From a virus (taxonomy: Duplodnaviria > Caudoviricetes), in IMG/VR virus record IMGVR_UViG_3300025769_000114, positions 1 to 59,971 of that record: a stretch of DNA of 59,971 nt. One strand, given 5' to 3'. Shown here one piece after another: positions 17,145 through 27,360 of the stretch. The notes under the pieces were generated by a model. That model saw nothing but the letters and a program-made list of their open reading frames with translations. It was not told the origin of the DNA and searched no databases. Within the stretch, counting starts at the first letter, position 1. Every line of letters starts with the position of its first letter. A program made the translations under genes and the position numbers.

Positions 17145-20100
17145 ATGGATGTAACTCTTCCAAATGGGCTTGTTGTATACGGCGTTCCTGAAGGAACAAG
17201 CAAAAAAGATCTTGCCGAAAAGCTTATAAGAAACAACATAGCAACCGCTGATGAGCTAGGCTTTGATCCGTTTGAGGATGAAAGGACTGCATCAGGCCAA
17301 GCTTTTGAGACTGCTAAAGGGATAGGCCGTGGCTTTGCCAATGCGTTCTTGTCTGCTGGTGAAGGTCTAGCTGAGCTTGCTGATGCTGGCACCAACGCGA
17401 TAGGCCTTGAGGAGTTAATAGATAGTGGCGATGAGAATGATCTAGTACGCGCTGCTAGGGAAGGCCGTGCCGCAGTTGATGAAGCGATGGGCGCTGATCT
17501 CGCGTACAGGGATCAGTGGCTCACTAAGTTTGGCGAAGGCGTGGGTTCGTTTGCCTCGTTCTTTACCCCTGCCGGAGCAATAAAGCTTGCAGGCATGGCA
17601 GGCAAGGGCATATCCGCAGCAAAAGCAGCAAAGGTTGCTGAGATTGGCGCTACCGGGGCTTTGGCCGTAGGCACAGGTGCTGGTGATCAAGCTCAAAGAA
17701 TACAAGCGGCCCGTGATTCAGGTCTAGAAGTGTCGGAAGACGAAGAAGACTTGTCTGTTTTGCTTGGTGGTGGCGTTGGTTTATCTGAGCTTATTGTTCC
17801 TCAAAGATTATTAAACAGGCTTAGAGGTCTTGAGGCTGGTAACAAACTGCCTTCAGGCATAAAAGAAAGACTTTCTTCTGCTCTTAGAACGGGCAGCGTG
17901 GAGGGTATACAGGAAGTTGCTGCAAGTATTGCTCAAGACGGTATTGAGCGAGGTGTATACAACGAAGCTTTGGAAATAAATGGCGGCAGCTTGATGGATG
18001 ATTTCACCATCGGCGGCGCTGTTGGTGCGGGTGCAGATCTTGTTATTAATGCTGTGGCTGGTAGACGCAACAAGGGAGCCTTCCAAGCCGCAGAAGAGGC
18101 TGAGGGCAAGCTTAGAGAGGATTTGCAAGACGCTCAGGACGCAAGGCAGCGTCTTCTCTCTGGTGACTTAGCTATACAAGAAAGAATAGACGCTGAAGCA
18201 GCACTTGACCGCCAAGCTGCAAATGAAGCTCGCAGGGCCGCTGGTGAGGCACCGATAGACCCATCCCAAATAGCGCCTCCTACAGGCAGGGCGCTTACAT
18301 CTAAGTTAAAGACCCCATCAAGGATTGTTTCTGTAACCGCGCCTAATGGCGAGTCATTTCAAGCAGAAGAAAAGACCAGAGTAAGGAACAAGGGAAAGCC
18401 CACAGAATCCGTCACGACTTACATAGAAGCTCCCGGCGGCGGTGAAGTAATAACCTCAGTCAATGGTGTACCGCAACAATCTGGATTCCAAATCACCACA
18501 GTTGCACAGCCTACTGAGGGCATACAGCGTCGATATCCCAAGCAACCAATGCTTGCATACGCACAATCAATTCGCCAAACAATGGGCGACAACTTCCCAT
18601 CAGCCGACAACACGTTCACTGTTAAGTTGCCAGAAGATTTTGGTGGTGTAGGCGCTAGTACCACACAGCTTGACGCTCAAGGCGTCCCTGTATTTACAGT
18701 GCAAGACAGCAACGGTCAGCAATACGGTGTGCCTTTACAGAACTCTGAAGATGCATTTGCTCTTGCTGGGTTCCTTAACGATGAAATGATCAATGACAAC
18801 GTGTTCTCTGGTGGAGACGCGGTGATCACATCATCACCAGAATCATACGACGCCGATCAAGAATCCTCGTTGCAGGCCTACAACTTTGCTGCAAACCATC
18901 CTGACTCAAATACATATAGTTCTGTTGCCGTAGACAGCGCAGCTGAGACAACGCAAGACCGTGGCTTTGATGAAACAGCCGACGTTAAGGTGTTAATGCA
19001 GGACAGGGTTGGCCCTACTAAGATGACAGCATCTCAGCGCATAAACGCTAAGCGTCTGCGTCAAGGGCTGCCAGTAACAAACACGTTTACTATTCAAGAA
19101 GTAAGAAGCGTCCTCAAAGAAGACCAGCTATACAATCTTAGCGATACACGGGTGAATGGCTTACCTGAGACTGAAACGTACAGGGCTGGCCTAAGTAAGA
19201 ACAACAACCCGATAGTGAAGAGCAGTGCTGGTGAGATTCTGCAAGGCAGGCCTCTGACCACCCTAGAAAAAGACGCTGCAATCAAAGCAAACCCGAAGAA
19301 GAAGCCGCCTAAGCTTGTTAAGTTCAAGACAGAAGCCGACGCTAGGGTCTATGCAAACCAACTCAACAATCGCACAGGCAAAGCCGCTGTTGAGAAGGGT
19401 GTCATGCGTAATGTTGACGCCAACTTCCAAGAGATGGAGCAGCTTCTCAAAGCTAAGAACATTACATCAAAAGTAGGCTCTCCTGAGATCAAGTATCTTG
19501 CAGGCAGAATACTAGGCAAGAAGACCATCAAGTCGGTAAACGATTTGTCATTGGCTGAGTCTAGGTTGTTGTATCAAAAGCTCAGATCGTTGCCACGTTT
19601 TGACAAGCCGACAAAGCTTCCTACCTTCAAGCTTCCCAAGTACACAGGCGCTCAGTTCCGCGCGGCATCAAAGACGCTGCAAGAAAACCCCAATGCAGGC
19701 GAGGTTGTTCTTGCTAATGCCACTGGTATCAACCCAACAACACAGCAAGGTGCTGCCGCTCTAAGCGATCTAAAGGCAGACCTAGCCAAGCAAGGTGTAC
19801 AGGCTGCTCCAGCCGTTGAAGCGGAGCCTGTTGTGGAGCAAGAAGCCGAGGTATTGGCGCTGCCTGCGCCAGCGGTAAATGTTGACCGATTACGCAAAGC
19901 TATTACTAAAACAATGAAAGGCTTTGGTCTGAAGGATGTGGGGCTAAGCCTTGATTACGCCCTAAGAACGGCGGTCAAAGACGCTAATGGGAACCTAGTC
20001 TACGGCATACGGCCCCGTCAAGGCGGTGATATAGACAGCATGGTTGTTGGTGGCGAGTCAGTAACTCTAGACCCCAGTCGTGAAAAAACTCAACTTGTGA

Positions 20101-23100
20101 GGTCTGATGAGATTGATCCAGAGGGCAGGGCTGAGGCGTATTACGACCCGACTATAAACACTATTTTCTTGTCAATAGACAAAGTCATGGCTGATCCCTC
20201 TATGACCGAGGCTCAAGTAGAGGCTGCGCTGCTTGAGATACTAGATCACGAAATGATTCACGCCATGCGTAAGCTTGATTTGTTCACGAACAAAGAGTGG
20301 AGCTTGCTTTCTAGGGCTGCTGCAAACAAAAAGATGCCAGACGGCAAGACGTTCCTGAAATGGGCACAAGACAATTACTCAGACTTATCGCCCGTTGATC
20401 AAGTAGAGGAGTCTGTTGCCGAGTTAGTAAGGGCTGCAAGAAAAGATCCCAAGTTGCTTCAGGGCAAGCCCCGATCCTTAGTTGAGCGTATAGCTAGATT
20501 CTTCAGGAACATGGTATCCAGCCTCAAGGGCGAGGAGTTCAACACGTTCAGCGAGGTCATAGGTGGCATAGAGTCTGGAGCGATTGGCGCTAGAGAGCGC
20601 GGCCAGATACGCACGCTTGCTCAGACACAGAAGAGAGCATCCAGAAGGTTAAAGACCCTGCAAGATAAAGGCGCTGTTGTCACCACAGGCGAGGACGCAG
20701 AGCGCCCCGTGCCCACAGCAACGGGGCAAACCATTGCTGACTTTGACGAAGCCCCAGCCTCTTCTAGGGTGCCAATAGAGGCTGAGATGGGTATCAACGT
20801 CAGAACTGATGGAGATACTAATTATGCCGAGTTGATTGTCAGCGGTCAGAAAAAATACGAGACACGCGACAAAGACTCGCTGCGCCCCTATGTGGGTAAG
20901 CGTATTGGCATAGTGGAGACAGGCTCTGGCCCTGCAAAACTTGTTGGTTACGCTACTGTGGGGGAGCCTATTGAGGTAGGCGAAGCAGAATTTGCCGATT
21001 CAAGAGATCAACATCTCGTGCCTGAAGGCAGCAAGTTTGATATCAAGCCGGGGCAGTCAAAGTTTCTTTACGAAATGATTGATCCTGAGCAGTTAGCACA
21101 ACCTATTGATGCGTCAGCGACTAAGGGCATCGTTGCTAGAAATATCTCACAACTTGGCGGTGAAGCCGCTCCTGCAACAGATCCTGATTTTGCAGAATCC
21201 CCCGTGTTTTCTAGGGAGGAGGGCTTAACAAACGAACAGGTCAGAGCTTACATTGATTCTTCTCCAATCACTCAGCAGTTTCTAGATCCAAAAGAAGTAG
21301 ATCAGCAATTCCGTGACGCTGTAGACCCAGCATCAAGATCTACCGTTGTAATGATGACTCCTAATGAGTTCTTAAACTTGGCGATGACGGGAACTGAGTT
21401 TTCTAAAACTGAGCGAGTTCAGGAGATGTTTGATGCTGGAGAAAGATTCCAGCCCAACTTTCTTCAGTTCAAGGCTAACAGGCGAGGCGCTGCGACCATT
21501 GCAGGCCATGAGGGAAGGCACAGGTCTAGGCTTTACAGGGATCAGGGATATGGCGATACGTTAATGCCTGTCACCCTAACGTCCATCGGTGGCGAAGCTG
21601 GCGAGTTACGGTTCGGTGAAAAAGATGCAAGACCAAGAGTTTTGTACAAAGAAGATGACAGGCGTTTAGTAGGCCTGACAAGCGAATCTAGAGTACGCGA
21701 CCCTGATGAAAAGCTCCGCGCCTTAGAACCATTTCAGTTGGAGTTTCCAAAAACAATACCTTTTGACCTTGAAGGATTTGCAGAGGACGGCACTCCTGTC
21801 TTCAAGACAAAGCCACTGCTTGCTGACAAAGATTATGATGGCCCAGTTTTTTCTAGAAGACCGCTAAGCCCTATGGGCGAGGCGGAACGCCTTGGTATGA
21901 CAAATACCGATCTGTTACCAACTAGTGAAGAGTTGGAGCAGATGAAGAACAACACCTACAAGCCTGAAAAGAAAAGGACACTTGCTGAAGCGGCACAGTT
22001 CCTACAGGACAGGTGGGAGGCTGCTACGGGTAGAACGGAGCCTTTTGAGTACACAGAAGAAAACATTGGCATCTTGTCTGACATGCTTGCCACAGAGGCA
22101 ATGGTTGCCCTAGAAAAAGACGGCAATGCTATTGGCTGGTATGACCGAAAGATTAAGGCCGCAAAAGAAGTGATGAAGGTTGTCGAGCCTAGAATAATGC
22201 AGTCGCCTGAGACGGAGGCCGTATTTGACTTTGTTCTGGCTGTTACATCAAACGGGCAGGCCGTGGTGGACAACTTTGAAATGGCTACGGACATGTTCCG
22301 TTTCTACATGGATAAAGGCAGGCTTCCAAAAAACAAAAAAGAATTTAACAAGGGTGGTGAGCGTAACAACGCAATGCTTGAGGCGTTCAACTTCCACAAC
22401 GCTTACGAAGCAAGCGGTCAGAACATGCGTGTTGCCGACTTCTTAGACGCTGACTTTACAGTTAACGAGCTAAGGGATATGGCTAAGGCGTTCAACAACG
22501 AGGTTGGATTTGAGGCCATTAAGGTTCCGGGCGCTGAGGGCGTTGATGTTCAAGTCAAAGGAAGCTACATCCTTGGGCCAAAGATAGGTCAGGGTTTTTA
22601 CCAGAACATTCGCGGTAACTATGATCCGCTTACTATGGATATTTGGTGGATGCGTATGTGGAACCGCGCTGTGGGACGCCCATTCGCTGCTCCACCAGAC
22701 TTAGCTAAGGCTCGCGGTGAATTGATCCCAATGATCGACAAGGTTGGCGGTCTTCCGAGGACAATTATAAAGGACGCCCTAGAGGGTTCTGACCAGCCCT
22801 ACAGCGAGATCGTTAAAGACCCGTACCTGTTTGATGAGTTCATACAGTCTGTAGAGCGCAGGTATCAGCGTTACTTCAAGGACTATAAGAAGGAGCATGG
22901 GGTTAACCATGTAAAGCCTGAGATATTCAAGAAGACAGGCACGTTTGTTAAGAACCTGAAAAAGCAACTACAAGCCACGCCTAAAAGCGGATCAGAGCGT
23001 CAATACATGCGCGAGGTTACGGCTGCTGCTAGAGAGCGCCTGTCTGAAGCTGGGTATGACATAACCACCGCCGACTTCCAAGCGTTGATGTGGTATCCTG

Positions 23101-26100
23101 AAAAGCAATTATTCAGAGCGTTAGGCGTTCAACCCGGACGGGGATCAGACAACGACTACTTAGACGCTGCTGAAATACTGGCCGAAAAAGAGGGAGTACC
23201 CCGTGGACAAGTTGAAAAAGCACTCAGGGACGCAGACAGACAGCGAGCCGTCGATAGTCGGTCAGGTGCCAGAGGGCAAGATGGATCTGTTCGTCAAGAT
23301 GATTCAGGATTCGATGCGGAAGAAAGCCCAGCGTTCAGCAGAAGGCCAGAAAACCTAGCTAAAGAAGTAATCGGTCAAAGTGAAGTTGACCGTGTAGTAG
23401 AGGATAACTTACAGGTAGCCGAAAACAGGCCAGTAAGCACAGTTCCTCGCTTCAACCCCGGCGCAGACCCATACGCTCAAGCTGTTGCAGCTAACCCCGA
23501 CAAAGGTCAGGAAGTTCCAGCGAGCGAAATGCCAGCCTTTTCTAGAGCAAACGCCCCAATAATTAATCCACTAGATCAAGCTGCTGTAGACAATGTGGTC
23601 GCAGAGCTACCTACAAACACGCCGGGGCAGACCTACTTAAACGTCTTGGATCAAGGCCCAATAGCACTCAGCCTGACTCGACTCAAACAAAAAGCAATCA
23701 ACAGGTACGCACAACTTGAAAATTATCAGGGCGCGCTTGGTAATTTATTAGCTGATTCCTCGTCAATAGCTGCCGCGCTCATGGCTGACAGATCAAACGC
23801 CATCACTGCTGCGGCATTGCAGTACGGTGTTCCGGTCTACACAGGCGGCATGACTAAGATTGTTGACTTTGAACACACCAACAGTCGAGGCGAAACCCAA
23901 AAGATTGGCGGTCTTATTGACCTCATGTCTATGCTGTACACAAAAGAGCATGGATCTTTGGAGCAGTTAGCTCAGGCTTACTCAATAGCTAAAAGGGCTG
24001 AGAGGCTAAAAGCGAAGGGTATTGATGTACCCGGAACCCCGGCAGACCACGCAGCAAACATAGCTACAGCCGAGTCATTCTTGGATGAGAACGGCAACTC
24101 AATTATTAAGGACTGGTACGACGCTTGGCAGGACTACAACGGTTACACCGTTCAGTTCTTGCAAGACACAGGTGTTGTTGACCCAGAGACTGCTGAGATG
24201 TGGCGGGATCAGTCTGACTACATACCGTTTTATCGCCAAGTAGAAGGCGCTGAAACGCCAAATGCGCCGAATATATTCGGAGGATTAACTGGCAGCGCAG
24301 ACCTAAAAGCCATCAAGGGCAGCAAGAAAGAGATCAACGTGCCCATGTTGGAAGCCATATCAATGAACCTTAATGCGGCCATAAGCATGGGCATGAAGAA
24401 TGTCGCCCAGCAACGCATTGTCAGGGACATGAGAAATCTTGGTCTTGCAAGAGAGGTTAAGCCGGGGCAAAGAACCACTGGCGAGGCTGTTGTTACGTTC
24501 AAGGTAGACGGCAACCGACGCAACTTCATCATTGATGACCCGTTAATATATGAGTCGTTAACTGTTGAACCCGCTGGTGGGTTTGAGCAGTTTATATCTA
24601 AGACTGCTGGAGTCCCTGCACGATTCCTTAGAGAGATGGTCACCCGCGAGCCGGGGTTTGTTATAGCCAACATGCTCAGAGACTCATTGTCTGCATTTGT
24701 AACTTCAGGATCTAAGTTTACGCCCGTCATTGACACTATTTTTGGCTACGCAGAAGGCATGGAAAAGCTTGAGCGGACTGGCGTTGTAGGCGGTTATGAC
24801 TACAAGAATGACCCAGAAAACATTGGCGAGTACGCAGGGAAGATCCTGCAAAAAAGAAACAAGAACGTAAAACAGAGAGATCCTATCTCTAAACTCTTCA
24901 TTGGTGCTTGGGATGTGATGGGCCAAGCGACCACAAGGTCTGACGCCGCAACGAGAAACGCGGTCTATAAAGATGTCCTCGCTCGCACTGGCAACGAAGC
25001 TGAGGCAAGCTTTCAAGCAATGGAGGTTCTTAACTTCGGGCGTCGAGGCAGCAACGTTGGAATGCGTATACTTACAGCCACAATCCCATTCCTAAACGCA
25101 AGGCTTCAAGGATTGGACGTTCTATACCGAGGCCTATCAGGGAAGAGCAGTGCAAACAGAGAGCTTTCTAGGGGTCAAGCAGCTAGGAGTGCGTTCGCAA
25201 GAGGCTCGCTGATAGCCGCCAGTACAGCTATTTACTACGCAATGTTTAGCGATGATGAGCAGTACAAAGAACAGACAGAAGAAGTAAAAGATAATTACTG
25301 GATTATACCTACAGCGTCTGGTGTACCAGTACGAGTGCCGATCCCGTTTGAAGTTGGGTTGTTGTTTAAGACTTTGCCAGAGCGCATCATAGACTCATAC
25401 AACGAAGGCACTACACCCAGAGAAGCCCAGCAATCTGTTCAGCGAGCCGTATTTGGAACACTTGGCATTCAGCCACCGCAAGCGATCACGCCACTCATAG
25501 AAGCTTACATGAACTACGACCTGTACACTGGCCGACCTGTTACTCCAGTGTTCATAGAGGGCAACTTAGATCCACAATTCCAAGAGCTTGCATCCACCAG
25601 TGAGATCGCCAAGAACATGTCGAAGGTCGTTGGTATTAGTCCGATAAAAATAGATCACCTAATGAACGGATACGGCGGAACAATAGGTATGTACTTCTTA
25701 GGCGGCCTTGATTACGTGCTAAGAGACAGCTATGTGCAAGGTGACAACAGGGCTGTTCTTGCGGGTAAAGATGTTTCTCAGTACCCAATTATCAGACGGT
25801 TCTTTGGCTCAGAGTTCGGCGGTGGTGCAAAAGAAGACTTCTACGAGATGTGGGACTACATTAAGCGCGTAGAGCAAACAACTAAAAAGCTTTATGAAGA
25901 CGGCAGGACTGATGAGCTTGAGAGTTATCTCGTTAATAACAGACAGTTCTTGGGGCTGAAGTCTCAATTGCAGCCTACTGCAACGGCGCTATCCGACCTG
26001 CGGAATCAAAGAAGGACGATATTAAAAGCGGATCTAACAGCGGCGCAAAAGCAAGAGGCCATAAAGCTGATAAACGAACAAGAGCGTTACTACTTACAGA

Positions 26101-26180
26101 TTGTTCCTCAGCTTGAAAGATACATTCAGCTACCCACCATCGCTGAAAAAGTCGCAGACAGGCTATCGTCGCTTCTGTAG
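17145..26180 (+). CDS. Large polyvalent virion protein (zincin metallopeptidase, ASCH, ParB-like, HhH-glycosylase-like, C-terminal LPD38-like)
   Basis: HEMIH at 20247; YAELIVSGQKKYETR (ASCH); GHEGRHR; GWY...GPK..FY.N..G...TMDIW..R...QALMW; IPFLNA..QG...KDNYWIIP...IPFEVG. Confidence 0.8.
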   Translation: MDVTLPNGLVVYGVPEGTSKKDLAEKLIRNNIATADELGFDPFEDERTASGQAFETAKGIGRGFANAFLSAGEGLAELADAGTNAIGLEELIDSGDENDLVRAAREGRAAVDEAMGADLAYRDQWLTKFGEGVGSFASFFTPAGAIKLAGMAGKGISAAKAAKVAEIGATGALAVGTGAGDQAQRIQAARDSGLEVSEDEEDLSVLLGGGVGLSELIVPQRLLNRLRGLEAGNKLPSGIKERLSSALRTGSVEGIQEVAASIAQDGIERGVYNEALEINGGSLMDDFTIGGAVGAGADLVINAVAGRRNKGAFQAAEEAEGKLREDLQDAQDARQRLLSGDLAIQERIDAEAALDRQAANEARRAAGEAPIDPSQIAPPTGRALTSKLKTPSRIVSVTAPNGESFQAEEKTRVRNKGKPTESVTTYIEAPGGGEVITSVNGVPQQSGFQITTVAQPTEGIQRRYPKQPMLAYAQSIRQTMGDNFPSADNTFTVKLPEDFGGVGASTTQLDAQGVPVFTVQDSNGQQYGVPLQNSEDAFALAGFLNDEMINDNVFSGGDAVITSSPESYDADQESSLQAYNFAANHPDSNTYSSVAVDSAAETTQDRGFDETADVKVLMQDRVGPTKMTASQRINAKRLRQGLPVTNTFTIQEVRSVLKEDQLYNLSDTRVNGLPETETYRAGLSKNNNPIVKSSAGEILQGRPLTTLEKDAAIKANPKKKPPKLVKFKTEADARVYANQLNNRTGKAAVEKGVMRNVDANFQEMEQLLKAKNITSKVGSPEIKYLAGRILGKKTIKSVNDLSLAESRLLYQKLRSLPRFDKPTKLPTFKLPKYTGAQFRAASKTLQENPNAGEVVLANATGINPTTQQGAAALSDLKADLAKQGVQAAPAVEAEPVVEQEAEVLALPAPAVNVDRLRKAITKTMKGFGLKDVGLSLDYALRTAVKDANGNLVYGIRPRQGGDIDSMVVGGESVTLDPSREKTQLVRSDEIDPEGRAEAYYDPTINTIFLSIDKVMADPSMTEAQVEAALLEILDHEMIHAMRKLDLFTNKEWSLLSRAAANKKMPDGKTFLKWAQDNYSDLSPVDQVEESVAELVRAARKDPKLLQGKPRSLVERIARFFRNMVSSLKGEEFNTFSEVIGGIESGAIGARERGQIRTLAQTQKRASRRLKTLQDKGAVVTTGEDAERPVPTATGQTIADFDEAPASSRVPIEAEMGINVRTDGDTNYAELIVSGQKKYETRDKDSLRPYVGKRIGIVETGSGPAKLVGYATVGEPIEVGEAEFADSRDQHLVPEGSKFDIKPGQSKFLYEMIDPEQLAQPIDASATKGIVARNISQLGGEAAPATDPDFAESPVFSREEGLTNEQVRAYIDSSPITQQFLDPKEVDQQFRDAVDPASRSTVVMMTPNEFLNLAMTGTEFSKTERVQEMFDAGERFQPNFLQFKANRRGAATIAGHEGRHRSRLYRDQGYGDTLMPVTLTSIGGEAGELRFGEKDARPRVLYKEDDRRLVGLTSESRVRDPDEKLRALEPFQLEFPKTIPFDLEGFAEDGTPVFKTKPLLADKDYDGPVFSRRPLSPMGEAERLGMTNTDLLPTSEELEQMKNNTYKPEKKRTLAEAAQFLQDRWEAATGRTEPFEYTEENIGILSDMLATEAMVALEKDGNAIGWYDRKIKAAKEVMKVVEPRIMQSPETEAVFDFVLAVTSNGQAVVDNFEMATDMFRFYMDKGRLPKNKKEFNKGGERNNAMLEAFNFHNAYEASGQNMRVADFLDADFTVNELRDMAKAFNNEVGFEAIKVPGAEGVDVQVKGSYILGPKIGQGFYQNIRGNYDPLTMDIWWMRMWNRAVGRPFAAPPDLAKARGELIPMIDKVGGLPRTIIKDALEGSDQPYSEIVKDPYLFDEFIQSVERRYQRYFKDYKKEHGVNHVKPEIFKKTGTFVKNLKKQLQATPKSGSERQYMREVTAAARERLSEAGYDITTADFQALMWYPEKQLFRALGVQPGRGSDNDYLDAAEILAEKEGVPRGQVEKALRDADRQRAVDSRSGARGQDGSVRQDDSGFDAEESPAFSRRPENLAKEVIGQSEVDRVVEDNLQVAENRPVSTVPRFNPGADPYAQAVAANPDKGQEVPASEMPAFSRANAPIINPLDQAAVDNVVAELPTNTPGQTYLNVLDQGPIALSLTRLKQKAINRYAQLENYQGALGNLLADSSSIAAALMADRSNAITAAALQYGVPVYTGGMTKIVDFEHTNSRGETQKIGGLIDLMSMLYTKEHGSLEQLAQAYSIAKRAERLKAKGIDVPGTPADHAANIATAESFLDENGNSIIKDWYDAWQDYNGYTVQFLQDTGVVDPETAEMWRDQSDYIPFYRQVEGAETPNAPNIFGGLTGSADLKAIKGSKKEINVPMLEAISMNLNAAISMGMKNVAQQRIVRDMRNLGLAREVKPGQRTTGEAVVTFKVDGNRRNFIIDDPLIYESLTVEPAGGFEQFISKTAGVPARFLREMVTREPGFVIANMLRDSLSAFVTSGSKFTPVIDTIFGYAEGMEKLERTGVVGGYDYKNDPENIGEYAGKILQKRNKNVKQRDPISKLFIGAWDVMGQATTRSDAATRNAVYKDVLARTGNEAEASFQAMEVLNFGRRGSNVGMRILTATIPFLNARLQGLDVLYRGLSGKSSANRELSRGQAARSAFARGSLIAASTAIYYAMFSDDEQYKEQTEEVKDNYWIIPTASGVPVRVPIPFEVGLLFKTLPERIIDSYNEGTTPREAQQSVQRAVFGTLGIQPPQAITPLIEAYMNYDLYTGRPVTPVFIEGNLDPQFQELASTSEIAKNMSKVVGISPIKIDHLMNGYGGTIGMYFLGGLDYVLRDSYVQGDNRAVLAGKDVSQYPIIRRFFGSEFGGGAKEDFYEMWDYIKRVEQTTKKLYEDGRTDELESYLVNNRQFLGLKSQLQPTATALSDLRNQRRTILKADLTAAQKQEAIKLINEQERYYLQIVPQLERYIQLPTIAEKVADRLSSLL

Positions 26181-26351
26181 CTTGTTCAGCTTGTCTGTTT
26201 TGGTGTGCAGCTTCTGACCTGCTCGGACATTTGCTCGCACAGTGAAGGTTTTGCTAAGACTATTATTTTCATCTGTGATCTTTCCAAACGGCACCTTTTC
26301 AATCTTGCCGCCACGGGCTAGGAATTCTTCTACGGTTTCTTTATCGTCCAT
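26163..26351 (-). CDS. Hypothetical small protein
   Basis: VEEFLARGGKIEKVP motif seen in small phage proteins. Confidence 0.65.
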   Translation of the reverse strand: MDDKETVEEFLARGGKIEKVPFGKITDENNSLSKTFTVRANVRAGQKLHTKTDKLNKLQKRR

Positions 26352-26621
26352 CTAAACCCCCAAGTACTTGTACCACTTGCCTTCACCCTCAACATCAATC
26401 AGGCAGTAACGCTGACGCACGTTATAGATAGTCTGCACTGGCACCCCGACCTCACCAGCTATGTGCCTTGGCTGAACGCCGTTTTTTTGCAACAGAAGTA
26501 TCCGCATGATCTGGGACTCCTTTACTGGTGGACGCCTGTCTTCGGGTAAATTGTTCTTTTTAGGCTTAGGCTTCTTCATGTAAGCCTCTTGCGATCTTAT
26601 TGCTTGTACGAATTTATTCAT
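26352..26621 (-). CDS. HTH DNA-binding protein
   Basis: GVQPRHIAGEVGVPVQTIYNVR; GAGG SD before ATG 26621. Confidence 0.7.
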   Translation of the reverse strand: MNKFVQAIRSQEAYMKKPKPKKNNLPEDRRPPVKESQIMRILLLQKNGVQPRHIAGEVGVPVQTIYNVRQRYCLIDVEGEGKWYKYLGV

Positions 26622-26943
26622 TGTTACCTCGTTAAAGTCCCGCCTTCGATCACCCTGACGGGGAAGGGTTACCAAGCAGCCTTACTTGAAGGAATTACAC
26701 AAGCGTAGCTGCCGATCTTATTAGCCCCGCCTTCGGCTCCACCGGACGGGAACGGTGATGGAGGGTGTGATGAATACCCTGAGCCAATTCAAATTCAGTT
26801 GTGGCAGATGACCCGATTGGTGGTGACTCGGCTAGTCAACCGCCGCTGCGATCCACACTTCATCGGGCCTCTTTGTATTGCGGGAGATCAAAATCCCATG
26901 TTGGAGAGACTGATGCTGCCACTCACCTGCCCTTTTCTCGCAG

Positions 26944-27360
26944 TTATAAATCCTTAAACCTTTCAATATCGTAGTACACCACTGGCTCCATGTCTTGGTT
27001 GTCACTGCGGTCAACGCGCCCACCAAAACCGACGCCGTTTGGTTTTTCCTTGAAGTTGATCCACCCAGCCTGATCCTTCCATTTCACAATCAATATGCAA
27101 GGAACCCCAGTTGCATCGGTCAAAGCCTTAGCCGCCATGACCTTTGATACCGATATCATGTAGGTTTCGTAGACATCCTTCCGTACCTTTCGGCACTTGA
27201 TCTCAGCGAACAAAACAATATCTGGCCCTCGCCTGAAGCTAATGTCTATTGGGTACTTTGGCGGATTCCTTACCCATTGCATGTTGTGCTTGCTCGCAAA
27301 CAAGCCAGCAACGTGAGACTCGTATTCGATATCCTCATCGGTTTCGTATGTAGGCCTCAT
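26944..27360 (-). CDS. PD-(D/E)XK nuclease-like protein
   Basis: YPID...FAEIKCR; GGRVDR.D.QDMEP. Confidence 0.7.
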   Translation of the reverse strand: MRPTYETDEDIEYESHVAGLFASKHNMQWVRNPPKYPIDISFRRGPDIVLFAEIKCRKVRKDVYETYMISVSKVMAAKALTDATGVPCILIVKWKDQAGWINFKEKPNGVGFGGRVDRSDNQDMEPVVYYDIERFKDL

